Counted from the stretch's first letter, positions 1-10,642 are shown. The stretch: 64,000 nt of DNA from Cyanobacteriota bacterium (GCA_033764955.1 JANRIL010000017.1:25047-89046), one strand, 5' to 3'. Numbers and translations are program-made. Notes: generated by a model from the letters alone, not told the origin.

Positions 1-2
1 TG

Positions 3-635
3 GTAGCTCAACCGCAAACCCGTTTGGGGGTATTGGGGGTAGGAGGATTAGAAAAAACTCAGCTTTTGGGACAGCGCTTAGCCATCGATTCCCTGCGTTT
101 GGGCTTAATTCCCCAGACAGACACGGTGATCCCGTTGGATAACCGCAAGCTGCAACCGATTTTGCAGGCGGTGGAGATGCCCCTTTATGACCTATTTGAG
201 CGAGATCGCCTCAAACCAGAGGCCGTCAAACGTTTTTTTGAATATCTGGGTTTGCAAGCCATTGTGATTGGGCGGGTGGATGTTTTATCCCGTAGCCCCT
301 CCGCCAGTGAGATTAGCCTCAACTCCCGCAGTCGCCTAGAATTGTGGACATTCGATGCAGAGGGGAATCTCTCCGTCAGAACCCTAGCTGAGGCCAGCCG
401 GTCTCAAACGGAAAAAAGCAACTTGAATAGTGCCGAAATCGCCCAACTCTATCAAATTCAGGTCACCCAAATGACGGAAGAGGTGGGCAATCGCTGGCAA
501 GAGAATAATCCGCTAGCCAGTTACTTTGATCCGCAACAAACCCAGTTGGCTCCCCAGCCCTCCCGCCTGGATACCACCGTGGAATTACGGATCCCCGCCG
601 CGCCCCCTACGCCTTCCCCTTCTCCCTCTCCTTAG
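3..635 (+). CDS. Hypothetical protein, 5'-truncated by the window edge; Pro/Ser-rich C-terminal tail
   Basis: The frame is open from position 3 to TAG at 633-635; no recognisable motif. Confidence 0.6.
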   Translation, partial: VAQPQTRLGVLGVGGLEKTQLLGQRLAIDSLRLGLIPQTDTVIPLDNRKLQPILQAVEMPLYDLFERDRLKPEAVKRFFEYLGLQAIVIGRVDVLSRSPSASEISLNSRSRLELWTFDAEGNLSVRTLAEASRSQTEKSNLNSAEIAQLYQIQVTQMTEEVGNRWQENNPLASYFDPQQTQLAPQPSRLDTTVELRIPAAPPTPSPSPSP

Positions 636-661
636 GAAGCATTAACCACTAGTGTTTGGCT

Positions 662-2104
662 ATGTCTAGTCGTCATCAATGGCAGGATGATTTGAACGTG
701 CAGCAGGCTAAGCGCAGCTTGCGGCAGGTAATGGCTCATCTCGATCTAAGCGAGGCCGAAAAAGCTGGCTTCACTGCCGATCTGGCTCAACTAGAAACCC
801 TCATGCACAAGCTGGAACAGGAGGTAATTCAGATCGCGGCCTTCGGCTTGGTCAGTCGGGGCAAGTCCTCCCTCTTGAATGCCTTATTGGGCTACCCCGC
901 CTTTGTGACTGGTCCCACCCACGGTGTTACCCAGGCCAGCCAAAAAGCCCTCTGGTCGATGGATTGGCAAACCAAGTCCAAATCCCACCGTTCCGCCGTC
1001 GGTTTGGAGCCAACCCTGCCCCCGCCATCGATTCAGTCAGTCACCCTCTGCGGTTGGGGGGGATCCCGACTGGAGTTGATCGATACCCCAGGCTTGGACG
1101 AGGTAAGGGGAGAAACACGGGCACAACTGGCGCTGCAAGTGGCGCAGGAAGCGGATCTGATCCTGTTTGTGGTGGCGGGAGACATGACCAGGGTGGAGTT
1201 TGATGCCCTCAGCCAACTGCGGGAAGCCCGTAAACCGATGCTGCTGGTGTTCAACAAGATCGACCAATTCCCCGACCAGGATCGGCAGGCAGTCTACGAC
1301 AAAATCTGCAACGAACGGGTGAAAGAACTGCTCTCCCCCTCTGAAGTGGTGATGGCGGCGGCGGCTCCCCGCGTGGCTAGGCCCTTTGTGGAGGCGGACG
1401 GATCCCTGTCGGCTCGTCTAGAAACCGGATCCCCGCAGGTGGATGATTTGCGGATGAAAATTTTGCAGGTACTGCATCAAGAGGGACGATCCCTTTTGGC
1501 TCTCAACACGCTGTTGGTGGCGGATCGCATTCATCAAGAGGTGTTGCAGCGCAAATTGGATCAGCGTTCTACCCTCGCTCAGGATCTGATTTGGCAGGCG
1601 GCTCGCACCAAAGCCATCGCCGTAGCCCTCAACCCCCTGACAATTGTGGATGCGTTGGGGGGAGTGGTGATTGATGTGGGCTTGATCCTCAAACTGTCGC
1701 AGCTTTATGGGTTGGCCATGACCACCCAAGGGGCAACCCAACTGCTCCAACACATTATTCTCAGCATGCTCAGCCTAGGAGCCGGAGAACTGGTGGCCAT
1801 GCTGGGCTTGGGATCCCTCAAAACGCTGGTGGGGGCTACGGCTCCCTTCACCTCAGGGTTTTCGCTAGGGGCTTATGCCTCAGTGGCTCTCACACAAGCG
1901 GCTCTGGCGGGGTTGTCCTCTTATACGGTGGGAGCCGCCGCTAAAACCTATCTGGAGCAAGGAGCCAAATGGGGGCCAGATGGCACAAAATCCACGATTG
2001 CTCAGATCCTCGACAATATGGATGAAGCCTCCATTACGGCTCGCCTGCGAAGTGAGCTGCAATCACAATTTTTAGGGGGATCCCCGACGGGGGCAAGCTC
2101 CTAA
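662..2104 (+). CDS. Small GTP-binding domain protein with DUF697-type C-terminus
   Basis: G1 GLVSRGKSS, G3 DTPG and G4 NKID motifs; hydrophobic C-terminal half (NPLTIVD) typical of cyanobacterial GTPase/DUF697 proteins. Confidence 0.85.
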   Translation: MSSRHQWQDDLNVQQAKRSLRQVMAHLDLSEAEKAGFTADLAQLETLMHKLEQEVIQIAAFGLVSRGKSSLLNALLGYPAFVTGPTHGVTQASQKALWSMDWQTKSKSHRSAVGLEPTLPPPSIQSVTLCGWGGSRLELIDTPGLDEVRGETRAQLALQVAQEADLILFVVAGDMTRVEFDALSQLREARKPMLLVFNKIDQFPDQDRQAVYDKICNERVKELLSPSEVVMAAAAPRVARPFVEADGSLSARLETGSPQVDDLRMKILQVLHQEGRSLLALNTLLVADRIHQEVLQRKLDQRSTLAQDLIWQAARTKAIAVALNPLTIVDALGGVVIDVGLILKLSQLYGLAMTTQGATQLLQHIILSMLSLGAGELVAMLGLGSLKTLVGATAPFTSGFSLGAYASVALTQAALAGLSSYTVGAAAKTYLEQGAKWGPDGTKSTIAQILDNMDEASITARLRSELQSQFLGGSPTGASS

Positions 2105-2207
2105 TTCCTTTCTATCGTTTTCTTCTGCCACTTCATCCACCAGGAATCCCCAATTTTCTTGGATTTTATTCAAAAAAACCTTGACTTCTGTTCTTTATTG
2201 GGAATTG

Positions 2208-3257
2208 TTATAGTTTTTTTTCAAAAACACTTGAGAATGCCTCTAATCGCTGCCGGGCTAGCTTGGCTGCCAGTTGAATCGCTGCCTTTAAGCTCTGGCA
2301 ACGGGCAACCCCCTTTCCGGCAATATCAAAAGCAGTCCCGTGATCGGGGGAGGTGCGAATAAAGGGTAATCCCATGGTCATATTCACCGCCTGATCAAAA
2401 GCCAACATCTTCAATGGAATCAACCCCTGGTCGTGGTAGAGCGCCACATAAGCATCCGCCACTGCCGGACGGGATCCCTGCCACGCCTGCGCCACCGGGA
2501 TCCACATCGTATCGGGAGCTAACGGGCCGACAATCTGGGCATGGGAGTAGTGGCGTAAGGTGTCTGTCAGCCAATCCACCTCTTCCCGACCCAAATGACC
2601 CGCTTCACCCGCGTGAGGATTCAGTCCCGCCACCGCAATCACCGGGTGTTCTAGGCCAAAATCCTGACGCAAACAGGCCACCAATGCATCCAGCTTTTGT
2701 CGGATCAGATCGGCGGACAAAACCGTCGCCACCTGCCGCAGAGGAAGATGGGTGGTCGCCAACAACACCCGCAAGGGATCCCCCGTAAAGGGAGAAGTGG
2801 CCACAAACAACATGCCGTAGCGTTGGGTTTGGCTCAACTGAGCCAGCACCTCGGTTTGCCCTGGAAAGTTATGGCCTGCCTGCTGCCAACTAAATTTGGC
2901 GATGGGCGCTGTAACGATCCCAGCCAAGGATCCCGCCACGGCTTGCTGAACCGCCAGCTTCAGGTAACCAAAACTGGCCGCTCCGGTGAGAGCATTCCCT
3001 TCTCCCCAAACCCAGGATGAGGATAACCCCGAAGGACACTCCAAAACCTCAATTGTGGCGGGATCCACCAGTGGCTCGCGGCTCAGGCAGCGCAACTGCT
3101 CAAAAGTGGCTTGCAAAATCCGGCGTTCTCCCACCACCACCACATCCGCCAACTGCCTAATTTCAGGATCCGCCAACGCCTTGAGGATAATTTCCCCGCC
3201 GATCCCCGCCGGATCCCCTAGGGTGAGGGCTAATCGTAGGGGGTGGCGCGTCAGCAT
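2208..3257 (-). CDS. pdxA: 4-hydroxythreonine-4-phosphate dehydrogenase
   Basis: TLGDPAGIGGEI, GLNPHAGE, YHDQGLIP and RTSPDHGTAFDIAGKG motifs; start placed at ATG 3257. Confidence 0.95.
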   Translation of the reverse strand: MLTRHPLRLALTLGDPAGIGGEIILKALADPEIRQLADVVVVGERRILQATFEQLRCLSREPLVDPATIEVLECPSGLSSSWVWGEGNALTGAASFGYLKLAVQQAVAGSLAGIVTAPIAKFSWQQAGHNFPGQTEVLAQLSQTQRYGMLFVATSPFTGDPLRVLLATTHLPLRQVATVLSADLIRQKLDALVACLRQDFGLEHPVIAVAGLNPHAGEAGHLGREEVDWLTDTLRHYSHAQIVGPLAPDTMWIPVAQAWQGSRPAVADAYVALYHDQGLIPLKMLAFDQAVNMTMGLPFIRTSPDHGTAFDIAGKGVARCQSLKAAIQLAAKLARQRLEAFSSVFEKKL

Positions 3258-3337
3258 GATCAAGGCGTTGGGGAGAAGAGACAGAAAATGGTTTAATAAA
3301 AGTCTATCGATCCAGCCCTTTATCCGCATAGCCCCCT

Positions 3338-4321
3338 ATGGCAGAGACTCTTTTCTTTAATGCCCTGCGTGAAGCCCTCGACGAAGAAATGTCCAGGGAT
3401 CCCAATGTGTATGTTTTGGGAGAAGACGTAGGGCACTATGGCGGATCCTATAAAGTCACGAAAGATCTCTACAAAAAGTATGGGGAATGGCGGCTTTTAG
3501 ATACCCCCATTTGCGAAAATAGCTTCACGGGATTAGCAATTGGCTCAGCCATGACCGGGCTGCGACCCGTGATCGAAGGCATGAATATGGGCTTTTTGTT
3601 GCTGGCTTTTAATCAAATTGCCAACAACGCAGGCATGTTGCGCTATACCTCTGGGGGCAACTTCAAAATTCCGATTGTGATTCGTGGCCCCGGTGGAGTG
3701 GGCAAACAACTAGGAGCCGAACATTCCCAACGCCTAGAAGCCTATTTTCAGGCTGTGCCCGGTTTGAAAATTGTCGCTTGCTCCACTCCCTACAACGCCA
3801 AAGGATTGCTGAAATCAGCGATACGAGACGATAATCCAGTCCTCTTTTTTGAGCATGTTTTGCTCTACAACCTCAAAGAAAACCTACCGGAAACAGAATA
3901 TCTCTTACCCCTCGATCAGGCCGAAATCGTCCGTCCTGGCAACGATATAACCATTTTGACCTACTCGCGGATGCGCTACCACGTTCTCAAGGCTGTGGAA
4001 CCATTGGTGGCTTCTGAAATTGATCCCGAAGTCATTGACTTGATTTCTCTCAAGCCCCTCGATATGGAAACCATTGGAAATTCTATTCGTAAAACCCATC
4101 GTGTGGTGATTGTCGAAGAAGATATGAAATCCGGTGGAATTGGTGCAGAGATCACGGCGCGCATCATGGAAGAACTGTTTGATGAACTGGATGCTCCGGT
4201 GCTGCGGCTAGCCTCCCAAGATATTCCCACCCCCTATAACGGAGTCATGGAAGCCGCCACCATTGTGCAACCGGCTGACATTGTGGCCGCTGTCGAACAG
4301 ATGCTGGGGCTAGCAGTCTAA
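3338..4321 (+). CDS. pdhB: Pyruvate dehydrogenase E1 beta subunit
   Basis: [21 protein letters not shown] and GAEHSQRLE motifs. Confidence 0.97.
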   Translation: MAETLFFNALREALDEEMSRDPNVYVLGEDVGHYGGSYKVTKDLYKKYGEWRLLDTPICENSFTGLAIGSAMTGLRPVIEGMNMGFLLLAFNQIANNAGMLRYTSGGNFKIPIVIRGPGGVGKQLGAEHSQRLEAYFQAVPGLKIVACSTPYNAKGLLKSAIRDDNPVLFFEHVLLYNLKENLPETEYLLPLDQAEIVRPGNDITILTYSRMRYHVLKAVEPLVASEIDPEVIDLISLKPLDMETIGNSIRKTHRVVIVEEDMKSGGIGAEITARIMEELFDELDAPVLRLASQDIPTPYNGVMEAATIVQPADIVAAVEQMLGLAV

Positions 4322-4369
4322 TCAAAAATTCGTTGCTAAGATTTGCATGAGCTAGCAGTAGCAAGCACC

Positions 4370-5770
4370 ATGCAGGGTATTTTTCTCATCCTCTACATTT
4401 TGGTGATAAGTGGCCTGATTGCCGTAGTGGGGGATCGGGTTGGCTACCGTATTGGCAAGAAGCGCCTCAGTTGGTTTAAGCTGCGCCCCCGTGACACTGC
4501 CGTATTGGTGGCAGTACTGACGGGAGTGATTATTTCAGGGTTGACCCTAGCCAGTTTGCTGCTGTTAAGCCAATCCTTACGACAGGCACTCTTTAACTAT
4601 GAACAAACCTTAGCCAAATATGACCGCGATCTTTACTATGCTCGCCTCTATACGACAACGACTCGTCAGCAACTTGCCTTGGTTCAACAGCAACTCCAGG
4701 CTTCTCAGGCTGAATTAGCGGCTCTAGAGTCCAATTTGAGCAGTGCCACCACCCAACGGGACGATGCTCAGGTGCGGCTAGATGACATCAAACGCCAATT
4801 GCAGGAACTGTTGGCGCAACGAGAGGCAACCTCCCGCAAGTTAGCCGAGGCGGATCAGCAACTGTTGACCTCCCAGCAACAACTGGCGCAGGCCACTCAA
4901 CAACTCAACACGATCAAGGCCGAAGCCAGCACAGCCCGTCAACAGGTCAAAGATCTGCAACAGCAACAAAAAGCGCTAGCCGAGGCCAAGCAAGCGTTGC
5001 AACTGGATCGGGATCAACTGGAGCGATCGTTAGCCGCCTCTCAAACCGCCCTCTCCACCCTAGAAACCCAAAAGAACCAACTGGAATCAGAAATTAATCA
5101 ACTCAATCAGGTGGCAACCCGACTGCGGCGAGGGGAACTGGCGATTGCGACCGGAGAAATCTTGGCGGTGGGGGTGATCGATGCGGATACCACCGATGCT
5201 GCCAACCTATCGGCACAACTGAACCAAATCTTGGCGCAGGCTGAACAGCGCGCCCGTCAATTGGGAGCCAAGCCCCTACCTCCCGCTCAAACCGCCATCC
5301 AGATTCCCAAAGCTACGGTGGCAGAGATCCTCAATCAAATAGCAACCTCCGGCAGTTGGGTAGTGCGGATTTTTTCCATCAGTAACCGCCTGGAGGGAGA
5401 GCTAGTTCCCGTAGGGGCAGACGTCAATGCCAATCGACTGATCTATGCTGAGGGATCCGTGATCGCGGATACTCGGATTGAGGCTGGACAAGATGAAGTT
5501 GTTTTGCAGGGACAACTGTTGAGCCTCTTATCGACAGCCAACGTGCGCTCTCAGCAGGCGGGTTTGCTGGCTAATCCCTTGACTGGCACAGTGGGTGAAT
5601 TTTCTCAGATCAAACTTTTGGAGGCTGTCCAGAAATTGCGAAATGTGCGGACGGCAGCCACAATGCAAGTGGTAGCCAATCGGGATATTTATACGGCGGG
5701 TCCCTTGGATGTCAGCTTGGTGATGGCGGCTGAGTCCAGTTTGGCAGAGCAGACGTTACCAAAACCCTGA
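4370..5770 (+). CDS. DUF3084-family membrane-anchored coiled-coil protein
   Basis: GDRVGYRIGKKRLSWFKLRPRDTA N-terminal signature, long coiled coil, C-terminal TAGPL; lies upstream of yqgF as in other cyanobacteria. Confidence 0.8.
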   Translation: MQGIFLILYILVISGLIAVVGDRVGYRIGKKRLSWFKLRPRDTAVLVAVLTGVIISGLTLASLLLLSQSLRQALFNYEQTLAKYDRDLYYARLYTTTTRQQLALVQQQLQASQAELAALESNLSSATTQRDDAQVRLDDIKRQLQELLAQREATSRKLAEADQQLLTSQQQLAQATQQLNTIKAEASTARQQVKDLQQQQKALAEAKQALQLDRDQLERSLAASQTALSTLETQKNQLESEINQLNQVATRLRRGELAIATGEILAVGVIDADTTDAANLSAQLNQILAQAEQRARQLGAKPLPPAQTAIQIPKATVAEILNQIATSGSWVVRIFSISNRLEGELVPVGADVNANRLIYAEGSVIADTRIEAGQDEVVLQGQLLSLLSTANVRSQQAGLLANPLTGTVGEFSQIKLLEAVQKLRNVRTAATMQVVANRDIYTAGPLDVSLVMAAESSLAEQTLPKP

Positions 5771-5872
5771 TTCTGCCTGCTAGGATGCCATAGGGGAATC
5801 TTTCTTCTGGTATCTCGACAAAGCCACTCCACGGCGCGGCTTCTGGGTATCCACAACAAAAAATGTAGGGGA

Positions 5873-6304
5873 ATGCAGGCCACGTCACCCAATCCTGCCA
5901 GTCACGACTACCTGCTGGGCTTTGACCCCGGCAAGGATAAATGTGGCTTGGCGGTGGTGGATTATCAAGGGATCCCTCAACAACGGCAGGTGATCCCCTC
6001 TTCTCAAGCGCTAGAGCGGGTCAAGCGCCTCTATGATCAACAGGTGATTAACCGAGTCATTTTGGGGAATCAAACCACCTCACGGCAGTGGCAGCAGCAA
6101 TTGCAGCAAACCCTGCCCGATTGCCCGATTGAGTTGGTGGATGAACGGCACAGCAGTCTAGAAGCCCAGCAACGCTACTGGGACTATTACCCAGCTAGGG
6201 GGTGGAATCGCTTCTTGCCCAAGGGATTGCGGGTTCCCCCTGATCCGTATGACGATATTGTGGCACTCATTCTCGTGGAACGGTATTTACGCGCCCATGC
6301 CTAG
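5873..6304 (+). CDS. yqgF: YqgF/RuvX-family RNase H-fold nuclease
   Basis: LGFDPGKDKCGLA, VDERHSS and DDIVALIL motifs. Confidence 0.85.
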   Translation: MQATSPNPASHDYLLGFDPGKDKCGLAVVDYQGIPQQRQVIPSSQALERVKRLYDQQVINRVILGNQTTSRQWQQQLQQTLPDCPIELVDERHSSLEAQQRYWDYYPARGWNRFLPKGLRVPPDPYDDIVALILVERYLRAHA

Positions 6305-7448
6305 TCGTCGCCAGGTTTTGCAAGGGATCCTCTCCAGTCTGGGATGGCTATCGCTTGTGGGCGTAGGTGGGTGTGGGAGCAGGGACACCAATCCGCTGAT
6401 TACCTGCTTACGCCAAGCCCTGCCCAGTAGTCTTTTGAAAGAATGGCGGCAACAGGAGATTTTCTCCTTCACGTTGCAACTGCTGGACAATCGCCTCCAG
6501 TTGTTTGAGCAATTGCAGGCTTCCGCTTCTCCTTCTCCGCAGCCGTGGTGGGATCCCTTGGGTTGGTTTCAAACTCCTCCCACCCCCGCTATGGTCAGTT
6601 TGTTAGGGGCAGATTGGTTGGATCAAGCGATTGCTCAAGCGCTAATAGCCCCCCTCACCCCCGCCGATGTGGGGCAATTTTGGGCAAGCCTGCCCCCAAT
6701 TTGGCAACAGGTTGTACAGCGATCCGCTTCCTCGCCAGAAAAGCAAGCCCCCCAAATCTGGGGCGTACCCTGGCGGTGGGGATCCACCGCTATTGTTTAT
6801 CATCGGCAACGGCTGAAAACGCCGATTGTGGATTGGGCGGATCTATGGCGACCGGAATTGCGGGGCAAGCTGACGCTACCGGATCATCCCCGTGAAGTGA
6901 TTGGTCTCACTCTCAAAAAAATGGGGCGTTCCTACCAGGATCCCATTTCTCTAGCCGATGGGGAGTTAAATCGGCAATTGGCGCAACTGCATCAGCAGGT
7001 TTTGACCTACACCTCCTCTGATTATCTGCCCATCCTCCGACTAGAAGACAGTTGGGTGGCGGTGGGCTGGACGGAAGATCTCTACCAAACCCAAAAGAAT
7101 TATCCTGAGTTGGAGGTGGTGATCCCGGCTTCCGGATCCGCTATCTGGTGGGATGTCTGGGTTCTACCACGGGTTTCCCAAAATGCCCCAACCCGTGCCG
7201 ATTTAGCCCGTTGGTTTGACTGGGTGTTGGATCCAACCCACACGGCTCGCATGGTCAACCTCAGCCAGATCGCGAATGTGCAAGCGGTGGAAGCCAGCCA
7301 GCTATCACCATCTCTAGCTCAACGACCGGATCTCAGCCGAGGGATCCCGTCTGGTTCAGAAATTTGGCAGCCCCTCTCCCCCGAGCAAGCCGATGTTTAT
7401 CTCACCCTCTGGCAACGGATGCGCTCAGGGGAATTACTGCCGCGATAG
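6297..7448 (+). CDS. ABC transporter extracellular solute-binding protein (PotD/polyamine-like)
   Basis: Twin-arginine-like/lipoprotein leader SRRQVL...GGC; PWRWGSTAIVY, DWADLW and GSAIWWDVWVLP motifs. Confidence 0.8.
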   Translation: MPSRRQVLQGILSSLGWLSLVGVGGCGSRDTNPLITCLRQALPSSLLKEWRQQEIFSFTLQLLDNRLQLFEQLQASASPSPQPWWDPLGWFQTPPTPAMVSLLGADWLDQAIAQALIAPLTPADVGQFWASLPPIWQQVVQRSASSPEKQAPQIWGVPWRWGSTAIVYHRQRLKTPIVDWADLWRPELRGKLTLPDHPREVIGLTLKKMGRSYQDPISLADGELNRQLAQLHQQVLTYTSSDYLPILRLEDSWVAVGWTEDLYQTQKNYPELEVVIPASGSAIWWDVWVLPRVSQNAPTRADLARWFDWVLDPTHTARMVNLSQIANVQAVEASQLSPSLAQRPDLSRGIPSGSEIWQPLSPEQADVYLTLWQRMRSGELLPR

Positions 7449-7652
7449 GTTCCCCGCTACGGGCAAAGCTGCCCAAAGCCTCTTGTAGAGTTGGTTGAGT
7501 CTTGACCGCCCAGGCTGTAGCCCACCCGCAGATCCCACCGTTCATTGAGAGGCTTGCCATAGCCACTTGGCCAGAAGTACCCGCTTGATCCGATGGATCC
7601 CCTCAGCCCACCCGGCGACTCAGAGAAATGCTTCCACGCAAAATAACATTCC

Positions 7653-7666
7653 GTAGTTTAAGCTAC
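7653..7666. promoter_or_regulatory. NtcA-binding site (GTA-N8-TAC)
   Basis: GTAgtttaagcTAC is an exact consensus match, about 50 bp upstream of ATG 7718. Confidence 0.65.
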
Positions 7667-7717
7667 AGAAAATATCCTAGAGTTATAGATAAAGCCTCTA
7701 TTCAGGGATCCGTAACC

Positions 7718-8095
7718 ATGCAAACCTCCCTACCTACCCATGCCATTTGGGCAAAACACCAAGAAAATATAGCTGCTTCCTTGGCTCATCGCCTGCAATC
7801 GGCTCAAGCCAGCCACAACACCCAGTTGATTAGCGCCCTCCAGCAGGAACAGGAGCAGTTGCGCCTCTCTCAACAAGCAGCACCTGCGATGCAGTGGTTA
7901 GCGGGTCTTCAGCAAATGTGGCAGCGCTTTTGTCGGGCACTTGCGCTTGACTCTGAGCTAGATGTGAGGATCGTCGTGGACAGCACAGGGGTGTCGTGGT
8001 GGTATGCCCGTCAGCCCAGAACCGGCGAAACTGTCTATGCCGATACTCAGTCCGAATTGCTGGCTTGGATCGAAGCCCACCACTGGAAAGACTAG
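7718..8095 (+). CDS. Small protein with PirA(Ssr0692)-like N-terminus and Trp-rich C-terminal domain
   Basis: HQENIAASLAHRLQSAQASHNTQLISALQQE resembles the PirA pattern H-x-x-N-L...L-x-HRL-x-x-A...L; C-terminus WWYARQPRTGE...ELLAWIE. Confidence 0.65.
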   Translation: MQTSLPTHAIWAKHQENIAASLAHRLQSAQASHNTQLISALQQEQEQLRLSQQAAPAMQWLAGLQQMWQRFCRALALDSELDVRIVVDSTGVSWWYARQPRTGETVYADTQSELLAWIEAHHWKD

Positions 8096-8132
8096 GCATC
8101 CCCTGTGCCCCCTCAGCCTAAACCGAGCCGGC

Positions 8133-8771
8133 TTAATAGGTGCGATCCTCCACCCAAATGCTGACCAGAGCGGCGTTGCCTCCACCATCCACTTTCACCT
8201 CCATGCGGGTGGCTTGGGGGTAGTCGCGCATATCTTCCTCTAGCTGATCCCCAACCGCTTCGGGAATGTAGTAGGCTCCCAAGCCAAAATCCACTCGCCA
8301 GCCGTAGGGATCCCCAACTCCTTTTAAGATCACTTGATCCGACGACACGACATCGGGATACTGGTCACTCACGGCAACGGCTTTCCAGGTGGGAGGGGTG
8401 AGGGAAGATTGGGGGTCGGCTTCGAGAGTAAGGTAAAGGGATCCCCCCTGCTCGTAGCGACTTTGCCAACCGGGTAAGGTTTTCAGTCTTTCCATTTCCC
8501 CCACCTCGTAGTTGAGGATGACGTAGCGACCTCGCAACAGATCGTAGGGATCCACAGGCGCACTTTGCAAAAACACCGTGGTTCCAGTGGCGAGAATCAG
8601 GGCGTTTTGGGTAGGGATCCCCAGCACAATCAAAAGCTGGATCCCCAGAGGAACCGCCAACCGCCACCAGGGGAGGGGGGAGCGCTGCTGAGGAGTTAGA
8701 GGGGGATGGACAACCGTAACCGCCGTTGCACGGTCTGAAGGAAGATTGGGAGAATCAGCATCTGAGTGCAT
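8133..8771 (-). CDS. GDYXXLXY-domain membrane-anchored protein
   Basis: APVDPYDLLRGRYVILNY and YYIPE motifs; follows a DUF2157 gene, a usual pairing. Confidence 0.85.
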   Translation of the reverse strand: MHSDADSPNLPSDRATAVTVVHPPLTPQQRSPLPWWRLAVPLGIQLLIVLGIPTQNALILATGTTVFLQSAPVDPYDLLRGRYVILNYEVGEMERLKTLPGWQSRYEQGGSLYLTLEADPQSSLTPPTWKAVAVSDQYPDVVSSDQVILKGVGDPYGWRVDFGLGAYYIPEAVGDQLEEDMRDYPQATRMEVKVDGGGNAALVSIWVEDRTY

Positions 8772-8841
8772 CGTGAGTACCTCCACAAAACATAAAACAT
8801 TTGACAAAACCGCCAGAGAGCCAAATAAAGCGAACGGGAGG

Positions 8842-10332
8842 TTAGGATTTAGCCAACGCTTTTGTCGGCAAAGCCGCCAGCCGTCGCTCAAAGTTGATTC
8901 CGGCCACAATCACCCCCACCCCACAGGTCACAAAGGCCAACGACTTGAGGAGTAATCCCGTATCGTATTCAAAAAAGCGGGTGATAATAGCCAGGGTGAG
9001 GGTGAGCAGTCCCAGCCAAAACCGCCAACGCTGTGCCAACTGAAGTCCCTGCCACATCAGGGATACCCCCATCCCACACAAGGCGAAGTTGATAAAAATG
9101 ACCGACAACCCATAAAGCCCCCCCCCCTGCAAGCAAACCAGCAAGGTTAGCAACCCGACCCCCATCCAGACCTGAGACTGCATGAGGCGGCGTTGGGGGG
9201 GATCCGCCTGTTGATATTGCCGCAGCAGACAGCGAAGATTGCCGATCCAGAGAGCCAGCACTACTATCCCCAAGAGAAGCAGGCTGATCAACTCCGCCCC
9301 CATCGGAAAATTCACGGTGGGATCCCGCCAGTAGTCGATGAGAAAGCGGGCACTTGAGTAATAAGAGTCTCCCACAGCCCAGGCTTCCCAGAAGCTCCAG
9401 CCATAGAGCAAGATCAAGCCTCCCCAGAGGGCCATCCCCTGAGCAATGGGGGCAAAATCCAAACCCAGCTCGCCGTCACGGATCCCTTCCCCTTCTGCGG
9501 GAATCTGCCAACGCAGACGCATGTATAGCCAGGGTAGCCAGCGTTGATGATACAAACTCCAGGCCCACACCCCGCTCAGACCGATCAGGTGGGTCATGCT
9601 GAAAATATAGGCGGAATTTTGCCAAAGGTTCCAATAGGACTGATTGGAAAGACTAATGACCTGGGTTTGCAGGGCAAGCATGAGTAGGATAATCGACTGC
9701 ACCCAGATCCAGCGGGAACGACACCAATAGGCTAGGGGCATCACCCCCCCGATCACCAGCCACGGCACCAACCCTGGATGAAAGAGTACATTCTCACGCA
9801 GCCCGACTGAAAAATCGCTGATGTAAGCTGCTAGCAATAGCCAAACGGCCAAACTGCCACTGGGGCTATGCCGCAAACTGACCGCCAGCAGCAGCACCCC
9901 CAATCCCCAGGCCAGAAACAGTCCTGATAACGCCCCACTCACCTGAAACCACTGCGCCATCAGGCCGATGCTGCCTCCCAAAGCCAGTTCCCCAATCAAC
10001 AGCAGGGTAGTGCCCAAGCGAGGGGAAGTGCCACGCCAGAGATAAAACCCTGTCCCCTGCAATCCCACCACCAGCAGCAAGGCCACAATGGCTCGCACCG
10101 CCGGCGGAATGGCAGCCCAGTTAGCCGCCACAAAACTGATGATGCCCAAGCCCACCAATAGGGATCCCAGGATCATCACCACTTGGATAAAGCGTCCTCC
10201 AGCCACCCGATTCAGGTGATCCAATTGGTAGTATTGGCGGAGTTTTTCGCGGTGGGCGGGGGCAATCAGATCCTCAGACACCCAGAGATCGAGCACCTGA
10301 GCCAGTTGTCGTCGGAATCTGTCATCGGCCAT
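8842..10332 (-). CDS. DUF2157-family integral membrane protein
   Basis: GLGIISFVAANW and RFFEYDTGLLLKS motifs; many transmembrane segments. Confidence 0.85.
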   Translation of the reverse strand: MADDRFRRQLAQVLDLWVSEDLIAPAHREKLRQYYQLDHLNRVAGGRFIQVVMILGSLLVGLGIISFVAANWAAIPPAVRAIVALLLVVGLQGTGFYLWRGTSPRLGTTLLLIGELALGGSIGLMAQWFQVSGALSGLFLAWGLGVLLLAVSLRHSPSGSLAVWLLLAAYISDFSVGLRENVLFHPGLVPWLVIGGVMPLAYWCRSRWIWVQSIILLMLALQTQVISLSNQSYWNLWQNSAYIFSMTHLIGLSGVWAWSLYHQRWLPWLYMRLRWQIPAEGEGIRDGELGLDFAPIAQGMALWGGLILLYGWSFWEAWAVGDSYYSSARFLIDYWRDPTVNFPMGAELISLLLLGIVVLALWIGNLRCLLRQYQQADPPQRRLMQSQVWMGVGLLTLLVCLQGGGLYGLSVIFINFALCGMGVSLMWQGLQLAQRWRFWLGLLTLTLAIITRFFEYDTGLLLKSLAFVTCGVGVIVAGINFERRLAALPTKALAKS

Positions 10333-10582
10333 AGATTTACCTAACCCTTTTCATCCGCTTTCATTCGTTAGTATGCCCCTCTGGTAGCCAGAGTCAGGGC
10401 TAGGCTGTGACAGTTTGCTAACCGCCCAGGGAGAGATGAGCCAACCAGTTGTCAATACCCCCAGAGTGGTTCCGGTCAGTTATAGTAAAAAAGGAGTTGG
10501 ATTTCTGCCTAGGCGCTTTGCTGAGCTTTCAGCCCTCGCCAGCATTTTCTAGCCTCCGGTCAATCTCCATCAGCCTAAGGAG

Positions 10583-10604
10583 AGTGGGATCCCCCACTTT
10601 TTTT
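10583..10604 (+). promoter_or_regulatory. rimP-leader hairpin / attenuator-like terminator
   Basis: AGTGGG-atcc-CCCACT followed by a T run, about 40 bp upstream of rimP. Confidence 0.6.
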
Positions 10605-10642
10605 GTGTTTTTGGGGAGGTGTTGCCCACAAGGGAGGTGACA

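Noticed and set aside
2181..2214. TTGACT...TATAGT sigma70-like promoter
   Set aside because: The 22-nt spacing is too long, and it would point antisense into pdxA.
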